A DNA stretch of 64,000 nucleotides from a virus: positions 18,834 to 82,833 of IMG/VR virus record IMGVR_UViG_3300033553_000478, one strand, 5' to 3'. Made by a program: the position numbers and the translations under genes. The first letter of the stretch is position 1. The number at the start of each line of letters is the position of its first letter. The notes under the pieces are model-generated. The model made no database searches. It saw nothing but the letters and a program-made list of their open reading frames with translations, and had not been told where the DNA came from. Below, piece by piece: positions 1-9,440 of the stretch.

Positions 1-1
1 C

Positions 2-2203
2 CTCTAATTCAGCTGCTTTTATCTTCTCTGCGGAGGTTACTTTTAATCCCTCTGTCAGGGCCTTATTGTTAGCGTAAATAGTGGCTACAACTTTTTCAGT
101 TTCATTGCCTTCTCTGGCCTTCAACATATCCTGATCTCTCAATTCTTTCTCTGCAGCGGCTTGTGCTTCAGCTTGCTTAGCAGCATTTTCAGCAGCTTCA
201 GCACGAAGTTTCTCTAAAGCATTAAGCATTCTCTGGAATACAGCTTTTTTCTCAGAAGCAGATTCTCCCTCAAAAACTTCAATCAATCCCATTATCATAT
301 CTGGGGCAGATTGTCCGGCATTACCCAGGGCAACTTCAGCTGCGGCATCAATACGATCAGAGGCCTCTTTATCTTTCCTACCATCGGAAAGATAAAGTCC
401 GTAATCAGAATCAAAGAATTCCTTGAACATCTTCATGAACTTGGTCTTCATTTCTCCGAAAACGAATTGAATCAATTCACCTTCTTCATAATCATATTTG
501 CCTTTCATTATCACAGCTTCGCACAGAGCCTGTACAAAATCATCGAAAGGACCATAGATTATTTCTGTTCTGGCAGTACTTCCGCGGATAGCTTTATCTG
601 TACCGGTAGCAGTTTGATACTGCCCGATCTGTCCTTCCCTCTCCGGAGAAATACCAACAAACTTTGCAGCAAGATCTTCTATAATGGCAAGTCCATTAAA
701 CAAATCCTGAATAGATCCCTTTTGAGATAAGTCAAGGGAAGTAAATTGGTTAAAGGTGTGCTTATTGGATTTTTTCTCTGCAGAGTTAATGATCATCAAC
801 TTATCTTTTTTGATGTGATGCATTACCCTGTTCAATCCATTTTCATAGGATCCTTTTGAAAATGCTTTCGGAGTCTGGGCAGCATCGTACACGAGTACCC
901 GGCTATTTCCCGCAGACTTTAAAGCAAGACGTATTTCAAAAAGAACCTCCGAAGCAATTTCCTGCAGTTGATATAATTTAGCAGCTACAGATTTTATGTG
1001 AGAAGTACCGGTAGTATTATCCCTGATAATTGATATTACAGGAAGTTTACACTCATACGGATTTAGTTTGGTAGAATATCTGTGAGGCATTAACCCCCAA
1101 TCCAGGCAAATATCTGGACCAATCATAATACAGAAACGTGGCATTTCGCCATCGATATGTTTTACGGTATCTGTCTTGCGGATCTCCTTTTCACTTTTCA
1201 GTTTTCGGTAAACCTTTTCTCCAGTTTTTTTGTTCTCGGCAATTTTAATGGAAACTCTTTTTCTGGACTTCCACATTGCGTTAACCACTCTGATACGGCC
1301 AACCTTATTTGAAGTCTGGAACCATCCATTAGCTTTAGAAGTAACTCCCAGAGCTGAAGAGTCCATATCTCCCTCGGTAGGAGTAGATAAGGTTTCAAAG
1401 TGTTTTTTTATTTTAGCTTTTTTATCTGCATCTAAAGTGAAGCTGTTGTAAACTTCATTTTCAGTAAGCCAATAATTCTCAAAGAAATATTCGTGATTCG
1501 CCTGTACAACACTGTAAGGATCTATATCGTAATCGGCATCTAAAGGATGCACGTTACGAGCTGTAGTGTAACCGTGCTTTTTGTCAAGGATCGCGTGGCA
1601 TCTATCAGTAATACAGTAATTGATAAAAAGCTGAGGTAGCTTTTGCTTTTCCTTGCGAACGTCCAGGAATAATGAAAGCAGATTGTCCGCTACTTCCTCA
1701 CCCAACATTTTGAAGTCTTTTTCAAAGAATTCTTCAATGTCTTTTGGTAATGGAACTTCAGGGTTTTCAGTTTCCGGAGTATACCCAAGATCTGCCTGCA
1801 TCTTTTTGGTAAGATCCCGCATAATTTCTTCGCTGATCAGCTTTAGCTTTTCCTCGAATTTTGCGTTCATAGACTTCTTATCCACTACATAAGCCTTTCT
1901 CCGGATTGGACGTAACAGATATTCCCCAACGATCTGTTCCACCTTATTCTGAATAAGTGGGTAAACTACATACTCAATCCCAAGGTCAGTACCATTAGGA
2001 CAGGTAATAGCTTTTATTTTTGCCTGTTCCTCAGGACTCAACTCGCAGTTGTAGGCCCTGTAGTACTTGAGCATATTTGCTTTCTCGCTGTTATAATCTT
2101 GTGATAAAGAGAATTGAGCATACTGCAGCGGGTGTAACATATGCCATACTTCATCCTTTTCTGTTTCAGGAATGGTTTGATCGGGGAGAGAAAGAAGACT
2201 CAT
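2..2203 (-). CDS. Portal protein (partial, runs off window start)
   Basis: Absent from the ORF track, consistent with an ORF whose stop lies outside the window. N-terminus translated by hand from ATG at 2203: MSLLSLPDQTIPETEKDEVW...YVVYPLIQNKVEQIVGEYLLRP, resembling crAss-like portal N-termini. Lies directly downstream of TerL. Confidence 0.8.
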   Translation of the reverse strand, partial: MSLLSLPDQTIPETEKDEVWHMLHPLQYAQFSLSQDYNSEKANMLKYYRAYNCELSPEEQAKIKAITCPNGTDLGIEYVVYPLIQNKVEQIVGEYLLRPIRRKAYVVDKKSMNAKFEEKLKLISEEIMRDLTKKMQADLGYTPETENPEVPLPKDIEEFFEKDFKMLGEEVADNLLSLFLDVRKEKQKLPQLFINYCITDRCHAILDKKHGYTTARNVHPLDADYDIDPYSVVQANHEYFFENYWLTENEVYNSFTLDADKKAKIKKHFETLSTPTEGDMDSSALGVTSKANGWFQTSNKVGRIRVVNAMWKSRKRVSIKIAENKKTGEKVYRKLKSEKEIRKTDTVKHIDGEMPRFCIMIGPDICLDWGLMPHRYSTKLNPYECKLPVISIIRDNTTGTSHIKSVAAKLYQLQEIASEVLFEIRLALKSAGNSRVLVYDAAQTPKAFSKGSYENGLNRVMHHIKKDKLMIINSAEKKSNKHTFNQFTSLDLSQKGSIQDLFNGLAIIEDLAAKFVGISPEREGQIGQYQTATGTDKAIRGSTARTEIIYGPFDDFVQALCEAVIMKGKYDYEEGELIQFVFGEMKTKFMKMFKEFFDSDYGLYLSDGRKDKEASDRIDAAAEVALGNAGQSAPDMIMGLIEVFEGESASEKKAVFQRMLNALEKLRAEAAENAAKQAEAQAAAEKELRDQDMLKAREGNETEKVVATIYANNKALTEGLKVTSAEKIKAAELE

Positions 2204-2229
2204 TTTGTGATAATTTTAAGTTAAAAGTA

Positions 2230-4416
2230 TTAATTAATATTCATATTCCGCTTATGCTCTTCCAGAATGAATGCGAAAGTATCATTCCCATACTTGGCCA
2301 TTATCTCATCACGTTCCTCTTTTACTTTCTGTACAGCACTATTTTTAGATTCCTGGTATTGGCGTTTTTCATCACCTTCCAGATCATATTCCGGATCAAA
2401 TATTGATCTCGACTCATTGTAATCATAAGGGTTATTATCCCGGTAATCTTCAGCGTAACTTTTAAATTTATATTCTCCATTCTCAATTACCCAAGTTCCC
2501 ATATCATCGATAATATCTCCATCTCTGGAGTCTTCATCAATACCATCGGAAATTTCACCAAACATTTCCAACTTATAGAACATACACATTGCATAAGCAG
2601 AACCTAAATCCGAGTTCTTATCACCGAAATCAATAAGGTGGTCTAAGATCTCTTCAAACCAAATATTGTTGAAGTTCTGGTTCACCTCTTTTTTCATTAG
2701 CCTGGTGGCAAAATTGAAAGCATACTGGTTCGGCATTTTTAAACCATACTGGTTTACAGCTCTGGAATTATAACCGTGCTCCCCAAGATCTGGCCGAGCT
2801 TTCAAATGCTTCTCTCCATTGATATCAAGGAAATAATTTTTTATGGAAATTTTGGTATGCTCCAGTAACATTTCAGAATCGTAGTAGACAGATAGCCTGA
2901 AAGTATTTGAGTAAAATTCATCGTCATTATCTGAGCTTCCCCTATCAAGGATATATGCTACTGGTAAATCAAATTCTTTATTTGGACCACTGAATAATCG
3001 ATATACAATAGTTGCCCCCAGCGATCCTGTTCCTTCGATCACATCATCATCATAACTATCACAACCAATAATATCCGGATTGAATGGTAATCTTGAGTGG
3101 TCGATAGGATCCAGGATTTTTTTAATAGTTCCAAACTTCTCATTCTCCATAAATTTTATTGAAGAACCTCTGTTGAAATGTATCTTATCAATTTCCTTTA
3201 AATCTTTTGCCCTGGAAACAAGCATTTTTGTTTGACTATCCTTAGGTACCCATTCCAAAGTTCCGGTTACGATTGGATAAGGACAATTTTCTAAATTGTT
3301 CTTTTGAGCATTAAGCTTTTTACGGTTTAATAAACCTCCGGAGTTTTTAATGAAGATATCAGACTCTTTCAGCGGATAGGATTGAATGTGTTTTACATAT
3401 CCTTCCGCTCCCTCTTTTTCAGCACGTTCTTTTAGAATGTGCTTCAAAGCAGCCTCTTTGTTTGTACGTCCGGTTTTGAAATCAAAGAATGAAATCTTCT
3501 TTCCGGTTTTTTCATCAGCAACACCATCCCCAGGATAGAAATCTGTAGAAGAAACGAATATCTTCTTCAGGTTATATTTCTCCGGGTTATCCCACATAAT
3601 TTTATAACCCTTGGATCCTTTTTCAATTTCTCCACCGGTACCATAAATAAGCGGAGTTCCAAACTGATCAGCTCCGTTTCTAAAACAAGGTTCAGTCGAT
3701 TTGTAGGCAGCAATGATATCATCGAACAAACCGGCTTCCTCAAATACAGCCATTGAAAGAGTCTTACCCTCGAATCCTGTTGGCTTGGCATACATCGTCT
3801 TCATATACATTGAAGACATAAGGCCACCCTCTTTCTGCTGTTTGTTCTCGGTATACCAGTAGCTTAAACGAATTTCATCTTTGTTTTTTACACTGGTAGC
3901 TGCGCGATATTCTTCGCGAACATTGTCAAGGATATACCGAACTTTCTCATAGAAATCCTGAGCTTTATCATCCTGTCCGGCAGCTACTCCAATCCTGTTG
4001 CCTTTGTAAAAAAGCAATTCGTATGCGCAAGCAGAGGATCCGAACCAGGACAATCCCACTCGACGTGGCTTACCTATGATCAGTCCATACATTCCACGCT
4101 TGGCATCATCCAGCGCATTGTACAAAACCCTGTCAAGTTCCCTGTAAAAAGGAGAACCCATAGTTTTCCGAGTTGCCCCGGGTTCCATGAGTTCTATATT
4201 ACAGTTATTCAGGTAAAAATAATGCACCCCTGTTATCGACGGCATAAATGGCTTAGGCCGATATCCAGTAATACATCTGAGATCTTGTAAATCCCAGAAA
4301 TCATCGTATGCTATAGTCCCTGGATTATAGTCAGGAATCTCCATATGAACCAATGGTTTATAGAGATTACTGTCAAATTTATTCCAGTCAATGTTAACTT
4401 GCATATTGGGGGGCAT
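2230..4416 (-). CDS. terL: Terminase large subunit
   Basis: Walker A-like KPRRVGLS, Walker B VFEEAG, motif III YGTGG, nuclease GCDSYD; 728 aa; next to portal. Confidence 0.93.
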   Translation of the reverse strand: MPPNMQVNIDWNKFDSNLYKPLVHMEIPDYNPGTIAYDDFWDLQDLRCITGYRPKPFMPSITGVHYFYLNNCNIELMEPGATRKTMGSPFYRELDRVLYNALDDAKRGMYGLIIGKPRRVGLSWFGSSACAYELLFYKGNRIGVAAGQDDKAQDFYEKVRYILDNVREEYRAATSVKNKDEIRLSYWYTENKQQKEGGLMSSMYMKTMYAKPTGFEGKTLSMAVFEEAGLFDDIIAAYKSTEPCFRNGADQFGTPLIYGTGGEIEKGSKGYKIMWDNPEKYNLKKIFVSSTDFYPGDGVADEKTGKKISFFDFKTGRTNKEAALKHILKERAEKEGAEGYVKHIQSYPLKESDIFIKNSGGLLNRKKLNAQKNNLENCPYPIVTGTLEWVPKDSQTKMLVSRAKDLKEIDKIHFNRGSSIKFMENEKFGTIKKILDPIDHSRLPFNPDIIGCDSYDDDVIEGTGSLGATIVYRLFSGPNKEFDLPVAYILDRGSSDNDDEFYSNTFRLSVYYDSEMLLEHTKISIKNYFLDINGEKHLKARPDLGEHGYNSRAVNQYGLKMPNQYAFNFATRLMKKEVNQNFNNIWFEEILDHLIDFGDKNSDLGSAYAMCMFYKLEMFGEISDGIDEDSRDGDIIDDMGTWVIENGEYKFKSYAEDYRDNNPYDYNESRSIFDPEYDLEGDEKRQYQESKNSAVQKVKEERDEIMAKYGNDTFAFILEEHKRNMNIN

Positions 4417-4485
4417 TTAAAAAGGTAAAGACACCGGCTCTTTCGAACCGATGCCTCTACAGGAAACAAAGAAGGATCGTAATCA

Positions 4486-5109
4486 TCATCGTTTTTCCTT
4501 ATAAAATGAGTTTTTCTTCTCTATTTTCTGCTCAAGCCTGGATAGCTTATATCCATTTCTCACAGGAGATTTTTCATAAACATCTTTACCTTGAATTATT
4601 TTTTCATATTCTTTGATATCATTGTTTACATCTCGGAGACTGGCAGCTACATTTTTCGGATTTTCAAAAAGGATTTCTTTTCCATTTTCATCCTTAATCC
4701 CTTTATTATATTTTTCTTCAGCTTCTCTAAGCCGCTCCATCATAGTGACTTTTCGCTGGTAATGGATTTTTCCTTCTTCTAAAGTAGGATCATACTGCAG
4801 TTCATCATATCGTTTTAGAGCAATCTGTATTGGATCGTAAGGCCAATTAAAAGCTTCACGTTTCCCGGTAACTTCTTCCATGGCAGCTTTAGGTCTATCC
4901 TTCTCACTATAAAACCTGACCACTGAAAGGTTATCTACCACAAGTGCAATAGCAGTCATACAATGAATTCCGGGGTATTCTTCTTTAGAATCAAACCTTA
5001 ATGACTCATCCATAAGCACATCACGAAAAGCTTTGACGGCAAAAATACCGTCATACTCTCCTTCGTAATAAAGAAGTCCTGTTTTCTTGTTAATTTCTGT
5101 TAAATACAT
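4486..5109 (-). CDS. Hypothetical protein, possible terminase small subunit
   Basis: 207 aa helical protein immediately upstream of TerL with its own promoter-like box; function inferred from position only. Confidence 0.45.
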   Translation of the reverse strand: MYLTEINKKTGLLYYEGEYDGIFAVKAFRDVLMDESLRFDSKEEYPGIHCMTAIALVVDNLSVVRFYSEKDRPKAAMEEVTGKREAFNWPYDPIQIALKRYDELQYDPTLEEGKIHYQRKVTMMERLREAEEKYNKGIKDENGKEILFENPKNVAASLRDVNNDIKEYEKIIQGKDVYEKSPVRNGYKLSRLEQKIEKKNSFYKEKR

Positions 5110-5114
5110 CTTAA

Positions 5115-5122
5115 CAAATGTA
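5115..5122 (-). promoter_or_regulatory. Bacteroidota -7 promoter box TACATTTG
   Basis: Matches TAnnTTTG, a few nt upstream of ATG 5109. Confidence 0.5.
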
Positions 5123-5155
5123 AAAAAAAAGAGATAGCGTTAACTATCTCTTTTT
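5122..5155 (-). terminator. Intrinsic terminator (possibly bidirectional)
   Basis: AAAAAGAGATAG-cgttaa-CTATCTCTTTTT inverted repeat with T tracts on both strands. Confidence 0.8.
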
Positions 5156-5169
5156 CAATTCTTATGAAA

Positions 5170-5472
5170 TTAATTTTCAAGGAACTTTTTTACGTGCCTT
5201 TCGATCTGTCTACGGCTCAGAAATATGAGGTATCTTTTCTCAAGTATTTCATATATCTCTTGCCGGGTTTTATTGGGGTAAAGTTTTTTTAGGAATTCTG
5301 TGAGAAACCCAATTCGATAAGTCTGTTTACCCTCTATTCTTTCCGGAATTCTGAATTGAAGTTTCATTTCTTCTTCAAGATCAATGAGGACTTCTAAATG
5401 TTCAGGCCGTAAATCACCAAGTTCAGGCTTATCAAATCGTAATGTTATTTCTCCTTTCTCTCCGAATATCAT
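5170..5472 (-). CDS. Hypothetical protein, possible C-terminal HTH
   Basis: 100 aa, overlaps upstream gene; C-terminus TRQEIYEILEKRYLIFLSRRQIERHVKK is HTH-like. Confidence 0.55.
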   Translation of the reverse strand: MIFGEKGEITLRFDKPELGDLRPEHLEVLIDLEEEMKLQFRIPERIEGKQTYRIGFLTEFLKKLYPNKTRQEIYEILEKRYLIFLSRRQIERHVKKFLEN

Positions 5473-5864
5473 ACCCTTTTTTCCTTTGAACGTTTGTTCA
5501 ATTTCATAACTTTCTTTTCCTCCTTAGGCGTTAGAGGTTCTTTCTCTTTAGGAGCATGCTCAACTTTTTCATTTTCAAAAGCTGTCACCAAAGAAAGCAT
5601 AACCTTAGGAGTGGTACCGCCAAAATCTCTTTCAATTCTACCGAAGATCTCTTTATCAAGCTCATCTACAATTTCATTGTTCTTAGTGATTTTACCTCTC
5701 AGATTCATTTCAAGTCGAGATTTATAACTCAAACTCACTTTACCTTCCTGGTAAGCTTTTTCTACGGATCCAAAGAAACCGTGCATTTGCTCACTACCCA
5801 TTTGAATAATCTGCTGAGCAGATATCAGTAATGTAGTTGGCTGATCTTTTAGTTGTTTTCCCAT
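5469..5864 (-). CDS. Hypothetical protein
   Basis: 131 aa ORF coupled to neighbours. Confidence 0.7.
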   Translation of the reverse strand: MGKQLKDQPTTLLISAQQIIQMGSEQMHGFFGSVEKAYQEGKVSLSYKSRLEMNLRGKITKNNEIVDELDKEIFGRIERDFGGTTPKVMLSLVTAFENEKVEHAPKEKEPLTPKEEKKVMKLNKRSKEKRV

Positions 5865-6115
5865 TAGATAGATTTGTATTTAATTTTCTTATTTCCTTTA
5901 ATGTGCTTGACAAAGTACCCGCTTGAGCTGGGTGCATCGTACATAGTTTTCCATTGTCCTGCAGATACAGGAATATAACTGTAAACACTATCATTCGTTT
6001 TGAAATGAACATATAATGTTTGTGCTGCAGGGTTGTAAACTACCTCTTCAATAAGAGAGCTTTCAGGTGTCTTTTTACGTGGCCAGTCAGGGTTCACGGG
6101 TACTTTATGGTCCAT
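5864..6115 (-). CDS. KTSC domain protein
   Basis: SSLIEEVVYNPAAQTLYVHFK...VYSYIPVS...YDAPSSSGYFVKHIKG matches KTSC pattern. Confidence 0.85.
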   Translation of the reverse strand: MDHKVPVNPDWPRKKTPESSLIEEVVYNPAAQTLYVHFKTNDSVYSYIPVSAGQWKTMYDAPSSSGYFVKHIKGNKKIKYKSI

Positions 6116-7764
6116 TAATAACCAGGGGGATTTTGAAATTTCTTATATACTTCAGGATCTACGATAACACATTCCGTAGTAAGTAGCATTCCGGCTATAG
6201 AGGCAGCACTTTCCAGCGCAACTCTTGTAACCTTTACAGGATCCATAATGCCGGAAGCGATCATATCATCGCAAACTTTCCCGGTTCTGGCATCATAACC
6301 AGCACTGAAATTATCTGCAATTTTCCTGAAATCCATTTCCTCTAAATCTACTCCAACATTTTCAATGATCATTCCGAAAGGTTCGCGTATAGCTCTAAGA
6401 ACAATATTTGCTCCATACATTTTACTGGCATTTCTTTCTTTGGTGTCAAACTCAATAGTCGAAAGAGTTAATAATGCAGCTCCACCTCCAGGAATAATCC
6501 CTTCTTCATTTGCGGACTTTACCGCGTACAAAGCATCCTGAATCCTTCCTTGTTTCTCGATATATTCAGAATCGGAACGAGCGCCTATATTGATATAAGC
6601 AATTCCGTCTGATATCCTGGAGATACGAGTCTGCAATTGTGACTTCTCAAACTGCTGAGTAGTATTTTTCAAAACTTCCCGTAAATGATCAGCACGATCG
6701 GCCATTCTTTTCTGAATAACCTCATCCTCTTCATCGGAAACTCCAAAGGCACCTTTGATAGAAGTTACCTGTTCCTGAACAGTAACTTCTTCAGACTGGG
6801 GAAGGTAATTGAAAATCTCTGCCGTAGGAAGATCTTCAAACTGTGTTCCTTCATTTTCAATGAAAGGATCCTTACCCAATACAGCTCCTAAATCCCGAAG
6901 TAATTCCTCAGTTTCATTTCCGAAACCTGGGGCCCTTACTACACAACATTTGAAACCAGCTCTGGTAACATTGTAGATAAGCATATCCTGAATGAGATCG
7001 TCAATGCCTGGGCAAATGATCAGTAAAGCTTTTTGAGTTCTACCACATTCCATTATCAGATGTTCCAAATTTGGCTCCATTTTGGAAAGCTTCTTATTGG
7101 TCATAAACACATAAGGCTCTTCCAAAATACAAGTTTCCTCTTTGTGGTTGTTTATGTAATATCTGGAACGGTACCCGGTAGGTAAGGTCATACCTTCGAT
7201 ACTTGTCATATGCGTGACATAATCATTCGACCGCTTAATGTTTACAATTCCTTGTCTTCCTGCTACCTTAAAAGCTCTGGTCACAATATCTGCAGCTTCC
7301 TCATCATTGTTGGAAGCAACCAGGGCAACCTTTTTGAGCATTTCCAAATCATTCTCAACCGGCTTTGCTTTTTCAAGAAGCTGTTGAACGATTAATTCTA
7401 CCGCTTCGTCGATACCCTTCTTAATATCGAGTAGGTTCAGTTCCTCAGGGAAATTTAATCCCTGTTGCAATATAGCTTCAGCAATAACAGTGGCGGTGGT
7501 AGTTCCATCTCCGGCTTTATTGTCGGTATTGTTGGCGATATCCTGCAGCGACTCAATGGCCACCATCTCAATAGGATCATCAGACCAAACCTGTCCGGCA
7601 ACCGTTACTCCATCCTTGGTTGAGAATGGGCGGCTTTCCTGTCCGTTTCTAATTAAAACATTACGGCCAGATGGTCCTAATGTTACTTTTACTGCTCGGG
7701 CTATTTTATTGGCGCCCGCCAATAGGTTTTGGCGGGCCTCCAATGAATACATTGTTTTTTTCAT
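6115..7764 (-). CDS. groEL: Chaperonin GroEL (phage-encoded)
   Basis: VKVTLGPSGRNV, TKDGVTVA, AGDGTTTATV, GIIPGGG, DPVKVTRVALESAASIAGMLLTTE; 549 aa; no GGM tail. Confidence 0.97.
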   Translation of the reverse strand: MKKTMYSLEARQNLLAGANKIARAVKVTLGPSGRNVLIRNGQESRPFSTKDGVTVAGQVWSDDPIEMVAIESLQDIANNTDNKAGDGTTTATVIAEAILQQGLNFPEELNLLDIKKGIDEAVELIVQQLLEKAKPVENDLEMLKKVALVASNNDEEAADIVTRAFKVAGRQGIVNIKRSNDYVTHMTSIEGMTLPTGYRSRYYINNHKEETCILEEPYVFMTNKKLSKMEPNLEHLIMECGRTQKALLIICPGIDDLIQDMLIYNVTRAGFKCCVVRAPGFGNETEELLRDLGAVLGKDPFIENEGTQFEDLPTAEIFNYLPQSEEVTVQEQVTSIKGAFGVSDEEDEVIQKRMADRADHLREVLKNTTQQFEKSQLQTRISRISDGIAYINIGARSDSEYIEKQGRIQDALYAVKSANEEGIIPGGGAALLTLSTIEFDTKERNASKMYGANIVLRAIREPFGMIIENVGVDLEEMDFRKIADNFSAGYDARTGKVCDDMIASGIMDPVKVTRVALESAASIAGMLLTTECVIVDPEVYKKFQNPPGY

Positions 7765-7765
7765 A

Positions 7766-8653
7766 TTATACTTTCTGGGCTCCTAAGATTACTCCAAGGT
7801 GGAATTTTGCCTGTTGTGCGTGCACATAGGCCTGGGTTCTACAAATGGCTGCATTTCTGGAATTGTAACCAAGATCGAAATAGTTCAAATCTACAGAGTC
7901 GATCCAATCAATGATTTTATCAAGATCTTTTCTCAGCTGAATAGTAGCTTTGAAAGTATCAACCAGGTTAAAGCGATTAAGCTCTGCCTTGAAGTGATTG
8001 CTATCATCGTGATCTGCAGTAGCAGGAATTTCATTTCTTCCCTGAATTTTATCCTCTCCGGAGTAAGGGTTCTCAGAACCAAATGCTGCAAGGAGTTTAC
8101 CCAACCAGGCTTTAGCTAAGAAAATATCTGTTTCCGGAGTGGCATTAATCCTGTGATGCGCCTGAAGGAAATGAAATAATTTGTCAAGATCCAGCCTATA
8201 GCCTTTTATCTCAGCAATCATTTCCTGCTTAGCTTCTTCATTTGCCTGGTCAATCGCAGCCTGCTCTTCCTCAGTAATCTCTTCATCATTTACCTGAAGC
8301 TGCTGCTGATCTGCAACCACATTAGGATTGGCGAATTTTGATTCGTCGTCCTCGGTACCAGGATTAGCATCTTTGATATCCTGAATACGTTTGTCGATCA
8401 TTTCAAATGCACCTTTACGGTGATCATCACGAAGTTCAATCTCACGAAGCTGCTCAAGTTGAGCTATATCATTGATATCATCTACTTCTTTTTGAAACTC
8501 CGGAAGGAAATTATCTTGAATCTCTTCAAGATCTTTCTTCTCTGGCTGCTCATCGCCCGCAAGGACTTTAGCATCACTTGATGGTTGAACTTCTTTAGTA
8601 GCTTCTACCTTTGCGGGAGCTGGGGTTGTGGTTTTCTTAGTGGCTTTGGCCAT
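7766..8653 (-). CDS. Acidic N-terminus plus duplicated helical-hairpin domain (Acb2/Tad1-like, tentative)
   Basis: Internal repeat YRLDLDKL...LAKAWLGKLL vs LRKDLDKI...QAKFHLGVIL, with NPY...IPATAD linker. Confidence 0.45.
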   Translation of the reverse strand: MAKATKKTTTPAPAKVEATKEVQPSSDAKVLAGDEQPEKKDLEEIQDNFLPEFQKEVDDINDIAQLEQLREIELRDDHRKGAFEMIDKRIQDIKDANPGTEDDESKFANPNVVADQQQLQVNDEEITEEEQAAIDQANEEAKQEMIAEIKGYRLDLDKLFHFLQAHHRINATPETDIFLAKAWLGKLLAAFGSENPYSGEDKIQGRNEIPATADHDDSNHFKAELNRFNLVDTFKATIQLRKDLDKIIDWIDSVDLNYFDLGYNSRNAAICRTQAYVHAQQAKFHLGVILGAQKV

Positions 8654-8671
8654 CGTTTTTGAATTTAAAGA

Positions 8672-8971
8672 TTAATGATTGTTTTTATCCTGGTCCATAC
8701 GCACCAGATATTTGTAGGCATCAGCAACCAATTCATATTTGCCAATGCCTTTAATCTCAATTTTATCGGAAAGATCAGTCTTGTAGTAAATGATCTTTCC
8801 TTCCCTGTCCTGGGGCAGATCTTCACCTACTTTTTCGATAATTCCAACGTGAACCGGCATAGTTTCAAGTATACGGGTTGAAAATTCTCCTTCCGGAACA
8901 GCGAAATAGTCCTTCAGGCGAGTAACTAAGTACTCTTTTGGGTTGATAACAATTTGCGAAACGTCTGGCAT
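8672..8971 (-). CDS. Divergent co-chaperonin GroES-like protein
   Basis: Likely start MPDVSQ at 8971; about 99 aa; GIIEKVGE...GKIIYY...KIEIKGIGKYELV follows the GroES beta-barrel pattern; one gene away from groEL. Confidence 0.6.
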   Translation of the reverse strand: MPDVSQIVINPKEYLVTRLKDYFAVPEGEFSTRILETMPVHVGIIEKVGEDLPQDREGKIIYYKTDLSDKIEIKGIGKYELVADAYKYLVRMDQDKNNH

Positions 8972-8981
8972 TAATTTAAGT

Positions 8982-9440
8982 TTATTGGTTATAATTAAAT
9001 TCAATAATAGTCCAATCATCAGCAATCATATCTGTCTGAGAAGCCAGCCAACCATTTACTATGGTGTTATCTGCAGCTTTCATGCAGATATAAGCTGTAA
9101 CCTTTACCTCTGTTTCCTCGCTTCCGTGAACGAAAAACTCTTTCACTTTCCTTGGAATAGAAACAGCTCTTTCAACTATTGACATTGGAAGAGTATCTTC
9201 TGGCCGAATAAACAGGAACATATTTTTCCCATTCCATCCAGATCTTTTAACCATACAGCCATCTTTTAAAGCTGCAATAGCTTCACCGAAATTACCCCGG
9301 CCAAGGTGTAATGATCCGTAAGGACCAGGAGAAGCTTGAGAGTCTAAATGATCAATAGCTTCTTGAACTAAATCAAGGGCGTTACCTCCATCGCCCGGAG
9401 ATCTTAATGCGTGTCGAATGTCTAACAGTCTTTGTTTCAT
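8982..9440 (-). CDS. DUF2829 / Tad2-like protein
   Basis: NFGEAIAALKDGCMVKRSGWNGKNMFLF and GWLASQTDMIADDW are DUF2829 signatures. Confidence 0.85.
   Translation of the reverse strand: MKQRLLDIRHALRSPGDGGNALDLVQEAIDHLDSQASPGPYGSLHLGRGNFGEAIAALKDGCMVKRSGWNGKNMFLFIRPEDTLPMSIVERAVSIPRKVKEFFVHGSEETEVKVTAYICMKAADNTIVNGWLASQTDMIADDWTIIEFNYNQ

Noticed and set aside
311-2406. Plus-strand ORFs 311, 1230, 1653 and 2077, and minus-strand 1198
   Set aside because: Shadow ORFs over the minus-strand portal and terminase genes
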